This document shows, one piece after another, positions 60,493 through 64,000 of a stretch of 64,000 bases of DNA. The position numbers and the translations under genes were made by a program. How positions within the stretch are numbered: position 1 is the first letter of the stretch; each line of letters opens with the position of its first letter. The notes under the pieces were generated by a model. That model saw only the letters and a program-made list of their open reading frames with translations. It was not told the DNA's origin and made no database searches. Location of the stretch: NCBI GenBank assembly GCA_963779755.1, contig CAVZZO010000003.1, positions 1,184,001 through 1,248,000 on the forward strand. Direction: 5' to 3'. The stretch is from an uncultured Gemmatimonadales bacterium. GTDB lineage: Bacteria > Gemmatimonadota > Gemmatimonadetes > Gemmatimonadales > GWC2-71-9.

Positions 60493-60553
60493 GACGCGCT
60501 GATTTCCCCCTGGAAAACTTCGCTGTCTTCGCAAATTACCGTTCGGGGTTCTC

Positions 60554-61447
60554 ATGTCTCGAGCCAGCGATCGACGGGTCCGTCCGTTCCACGTGCCGAC
60601 CTCGCCGGACGCCTTCGATCAGTACCTGCGGGATATCCAGAAGCTCCCCATGATCACCGATCCGGCCGAGGAGAAGCGGCTGGCCGGCCGCGCCCAGAAA
60701 GGTGATCGCACCGCCCGGGAGCGGCTGGTCACCGCCAATCTCCGGTTCGTCATCAGCTATGTGAAGCGCTATCAGGGGCACGGGCTGGACCTGGCCGAGC
60801 TGGTGGCCATCGGGAACGAAGGCCTGCTCAAGGCCGTGCGGAAATACGATCCGGACCATGGCGTCAAGTTCATCAGCTATGCCGTCTGGTGGGTGCGGCA
60901 GGCGGTGCTGAAGGCGCTGGCGGAACAGACCCGCAGCGTGCGTATTCCCCTCAACCAGAACTCGGCCCTCATTCGCATGAGCCGCGCCCAGGGCTTCCTG
61001 GCCCAGGAGCTGGGACGCGAACCGACCGACGAAGAAGTCGCCACCGCGCTGGGCGATACGGTCGAGAACATCCGCGCCTCGCGCCGCATGGCGGCCACGG
61101 AAGTGTCGCTCGACGCGCCGGTCGAACGCTCCGAGCCGGGGTCCGCCACGCTGGGCGAGCGCGTCACCGGCTCGGCCGACCACGACATCGAGGACCGCAC
61201 CGACGCCACCCTCACCCGCGAGTTCATCGAGCGCATCTTCGAGCGCTACCTGAGCCCGCGCGAGCGGCGGATCCTCTGCCTCTACTACGGCCTGGACGCG
61301 GCCACCGAGGCGCTGACGCTGGAAAAGATCGGCGAGTTGCTGGGCGTGACCCGCGAGCGCATCCGCCAGATCCGGGAACGCGCCTTCGAAAAGCTGCGCG
61401 ACTCCCCCGACGTCCGCGCGTTGCGAGGATACTGGGACGCGGCCTGA
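60554..61447 (+). CDS. RNA polymerase sigma factor, RpoD/RpoS-like, lacking region 1.1
   Basis: QYLRDI, ANLRFV, GNEGLLKAV, FISYAVWWVRQ, TRERIRQI. Confidence 0.93.
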   Translation: MSRASDRRVRPFHVPTSPDAFDQYLRDIQKLPMITDPAEEKRLAGRAQKGDRTARERLVTANLRFVISYVKRYQGHGLDLAELVAIGNEGLLKAVRKYDPDHGVKFISYAVWWVRQAVLKALAEQTRSVRIPLNQNSALIRMSRAQGFLAQELGREPTDEEVATALGDTVENIRASRRMAATEVSLDAPVERSEPGSATLGERVTGSADHDIEDRTDATLTREFIERIFERYLSPRERRILCLYYGLDAATEALTLEKIGELLGVTRERIRQIRERAFEKLRDSPDVRALRGYWDAA

Positions 61448-61455
61448 TCGAAGGC

Positions 61456-61518
61456 AGGGGCGGCCGGGGCGGCCGGGGCGAGGCATGCCTCGCCCCGGCA
61501 TGCCTCGCCCCGGCCGCC
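61456..61518. repeat. REP-like 28-bp palindrome plus duplicated half
   Basis: GCCGGGGCGAGGCATGCCTCGCCCCGGC (61472-61499, perfect) then GGCATGCCTCGCCCCGGCCGCC. Confidence 0.85.
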
Positions 61519-61531
61519 TTAGATTTCCCGC

Positions 61532-62191
61532 ATGTCCCTCCGCCTGCCGCTGTTTCCCCTCCCCGTCGTGCTGTTTCCGTCCGCACCCATGCCGCTCCAC
61601 ATCTTCGAGCCGCGCTACCGGCAGATGCTGGCCGACTGCCTCGAAGGCGATGAGCGATTCGCCCTGGTGTCGCTGGAAGAGCCGGTCGAGCCGCCGCCGC
61701 CCGGCGCGCTGGGGTGCGTGGCCCTGATCCGGGGCACCGACCTGCTGCCCGACGGCCGGTCCAATATCGTGGTGCAGGGCCAGGAACGGTTCACCCTCGA
61801 GCGGGTGGTCCCCTCCGCCCTTCCCTACCTGGTCGGCGAGGTGGCGCCCTTCGAAGATGCCGAGGGCGAGGTACTGCCCGAGACGGCCGAGTTCCGCCGG
61901 ATGGCGGAACAGTACCTGGGCCTGCTGCAGAGCCTGAGCGACCAGATCCCCACCGACCTCGAGCTGCCCGACGATACGGCCGCGCTGACGTTCCAGCTGG
62001 CCGCCGCCGCCGACCTCGATGCGGTGGAGAAGCGGCGCCTGCTGGCATCGCGCTCGGTAAGCGAACGGGTCCGCCGCCTGACCGTCCTGCTGCAGTCCCG
62101 CATCCAGGCCCTGGCCGCGCGGGTGCGGGTTCATCTCCGCGCCCGTTCCAACGGGAAGGGCGGCCCCAGCGGCCCGGAGCCGATCCCGTGA
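61532..62191 (+). CDS. LON peptidase N-terminal (substrate-binding) domain protein
   Basis: LPLFPL.VVLFP, PLHIFEPRYRQM, DGRSNI. Confidence 0.9.
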   Translation: MSLRLPLFPLPVVLFPSAPMPLHIFEPRYRQMLADCLEGDERFALVSLEEPVEPPPPGALGCVALIRGTDLLPDGRSNIVVQGQERFTLERVVPSALPYLVGEVAPFEDAEGEVLPETAEFRRMAEQYLGLLQSLSDQIPTDLELPDDTAALTFQLAAAADLDAVEKRRLLASRSVSERVRRLTVLLQSRIQALAARVRVHLRARSNGKGGPSGPEPIP

Positions 62192-63621
62192 ATGCCGCGC
62201 TGGTCCGCGATCTCGCGGCCCTGGTAGGCCCTCGCTGGGTGCGCACCCGGCACGCCGAGCTTTCCACCTACCGTTCCGACGGCCTGCCCACCCATGCCTC
62301 CAGCCCCGGGCTGGTGGTGCTGCCGGGGAGCCGGGAAGAGACCGCCGCCGTCCTGCGGCTCCTGGCCCGGACCGGCACGCCGTTCGTGCCCCGTGGCGCC
62401 GGCACCGGCCTGTCGGCCGGCGCGGTGGCCGCCGGCGACGCCGTCCTGCTGGTGCTGACCCGGCTCAACCGCATTCTCTCGATCGATGCCGCCGGCTGCC
62501 GTGCCACGGTGGAGCCGGGTGTCATCAATGCCCGGCTCTCCCAGGCCACGGCGCCGCACGGCCTGCAGTACGCGCCCGATCCCTCCAGCCAGTCGGCCTG
62601 CACGCTGGGCGGCAACGTGGCGGAGAATGCGGGCGGCCCGCATTGCCTCAAGTACGGCGTCACCAGCAATCACATCGTGCGGCTCGAGGTCATCCTGCCG
62701 GACGGCTCGGAATGCATCCTGGGCTCGCCGCAGGGCGAAGCCTGGGGACCCGATCTGGTGGGGCTCTTCGTCGGCAGCGAAGGCATGTTCGGCGTCGCCG
62801 TCGCCATCACCGTCCGCCTGGTGCCGGTTCCGCGGGCGGTGCGGACCCTGCTGGCCGATTTCCTCTCGGTGCGCGCGGCCAGCGAGGCGGTGAGCGCGGT
62901 GATCGCCTCGGGCGCGCTGCCCGCCGCGCTGGAGATGATGGACCAGCCCTGTGTGCAGGCAGTGGAAGCCTCGATCTTCGCGGCCGGGTATCCCACCGAC
63001 GCCGCCGCCGTCCTGCTGGCCGAGGTGGACGGCAGCACGGAAGCCGTGGCCGCCGAAGCGGCGCTGGTGGAGCGCATCCTGCGGGAGCATGGCGCACGGG
63101 AGGTACGCACCGCGGTGGCCGCGCAGGACCGGGCACGGCTCTGGCAGGGCCGGAAGAAGGCCTTCGGTGCCATGGGACGGCTGGCGCCCGATCTCGCGGT
63201 GCAGGATGCCGTGGTTCCGCGCTCCGCCCTGCCCGACGTCCTGGACCGCATCGGCGCGATCCGGCAGCGCTACCGGCTCACCATCAGCAACGTCTTTCAT
63301 GCCGGCGACGGCAACCTGCACCCCAACATCAGCTTCGACCGGCGCGATCCGGCCGTGATGGAGCGGGTGCATCAGGCCAACAGCGAGATCATGGCCGCCT
63401 GCCTGGCCACCGGCGGCTCCATCACGGGAGAGCACGGCGTGGGCGCGGACAAGATCGGCTACATGGCGGACATGTTCGACGACGAGACCCTGGGCACCAT
63501 GTGCGCCGTGCGACGGGTCTTCGATCCGGCCGGGCGATCCAACCCCGGGAAGGTCGTTCCACTCCACGCCTGCCGGGAATGGCGCGCCGCCCCCGCGGCA
63601 CGGCGGGAGCAGGCGCCATGA
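62188..63621 (+). CDS. glcD: FAD-linked oxidase, glycolate oxidase GlcD-like
   Basis: [43 protein letters not shown]. Confidence 0.88.
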   Translation: MNAALVRDLAALVGPRWVRTRHAELSTYRSDGLPTHASSPGLVVLPGSREETAAVLRLLARTGTPFVPRGAGTGLSAGAVAAGDAVLLVLTRLNRILSIDAAGCRATVEPGVINARLSQATAPHGLQYAPDPSSQSACTLGGNVAENAGGPHCLKYGVTSNHIVRLEVILPDGSECILGSPQGEAWGPDLVGLFVGSEGMFGVAVAITVRLVPVPRAVRTLLADFLSVRAASEAVSAVIASGALPAALEMMDQPCVQAVEASIFAAGYPTDAAAVLLAEVDGSTEAVAAEAALVERILREHGAREVRTAVAAQDRARLWQGRKKAFGAMGRLAPDLAVQDAVVPRSALPDVLDRIGAIRQRYRLTISNVFHAGDGNLHPNISFDRRDPAVMERVHQANSEIMAACLATGGSITGEHGVGADKIGYMADMFDDETLGTMCAVRRVFDPAGRSNPGKVVPLHACREWRAAPAARREQAP

Positions 63622-64000
63622 GCCGGACCGCCTTCGAACGGCTGCGGGATCTGCTGGGTGAATCCGGCGTCCACCGGGGGGCGGGAGGCGTGCCGTACGC
63701 CGTGCCGGAGAACACCGACGGTGTCGCGGCCGTCTGCCGGACCGCCAATACCGAAGGCTGGCGGGTACGGGTGGAGGGCGCCGGCGGCTGGCTGCAGGCC
63801 GACGCGCCGGCCGATATCGTGCTGAGCCTGCGCGAGTTGAACCGGGTGCTCAGTGTGAGCCCCGCCGATCTCGTGGTCTCGGTCGAGGCGGGCGCTCCGC
63901 TCGGCGCCATCCGGCGGCAGCTGGCGGAGCATGGCATGTGGCTCGCCTTCGACCCGCCGGGTCATCCCGAGCGTTCCATCGGCAGCATTCTCGCGACCGG
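63618..64000 (+). CDS. FAD-binding protein, GlcE-like (truncated by window end)
   Basis: ATGA overlap with glcD; SPADLVVSVEAG, LAFDPP, SIGSILAT. Confidence 0.8.
   Translation, partial: MSRTAFERLRDLLGESGVHRGAGGVPYAVPENTDGVAAVCRTANTEGWRVRVEGAGGWLQADAPADIVLSLRELNRVLSVSPADLVVSVEAGAPLGAIRRQLAEHGMWLAFDPPGHPERSIGSILAT

Overview
GC-rich bacterial core-genome segment, probably from Gemmatimonadota (inferred from the Ser/Thr kinase type and gene neighbourhoods). It contains: a dppC-like permease and a patatin-ferredoxin fusion; an LPS/surface-glycan cluster (GT4, GT9, GT2, methyltransferases, MsbA-like exporter, PorX/PglZ-type response regulator); a DnaB paralogue lacking its N-terminal domain; a long housekeeping run (yebC-ruvCA-[Zn-ribbon microprotein]-ruvB-queA-tgt-yajC-def-fmt-thiESG-rsmB-PASTA-rpe-tlpA-tsaD-lgt); a cytochrome c/FTR1 iron permease with a Fur-like box; an M23 peptidase; acpS, CYTH, HAD and NlpC/P60 genes; a sigma54 activator followed by an 8-Cys microprotein; a DAG kinase; tamAB; a Ser/Thr kinase; dppAB-dacB-sixA-pduO-aroB; a sigma70-family factor; a LON-N protein and glcD/glcE. 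No rRNA, tRNA, CRISPR array or transposase was recognised. The most notable unexplained structure is non-coding: (i) two short candidate sigma54 transcription units with no annotated gene (promoter, putative enhancer sites, terminator hairpin) that may be small RNAs or an sORF; (ii) eight genes with a TANNTT -10-like box 5-6 nt before the start codon, suggesting leaderless mRNAs; (iii) many 7/8/9-mer tandem arrays and GCATGC-centred palindromes at gene junctions, some running into coding sequence.
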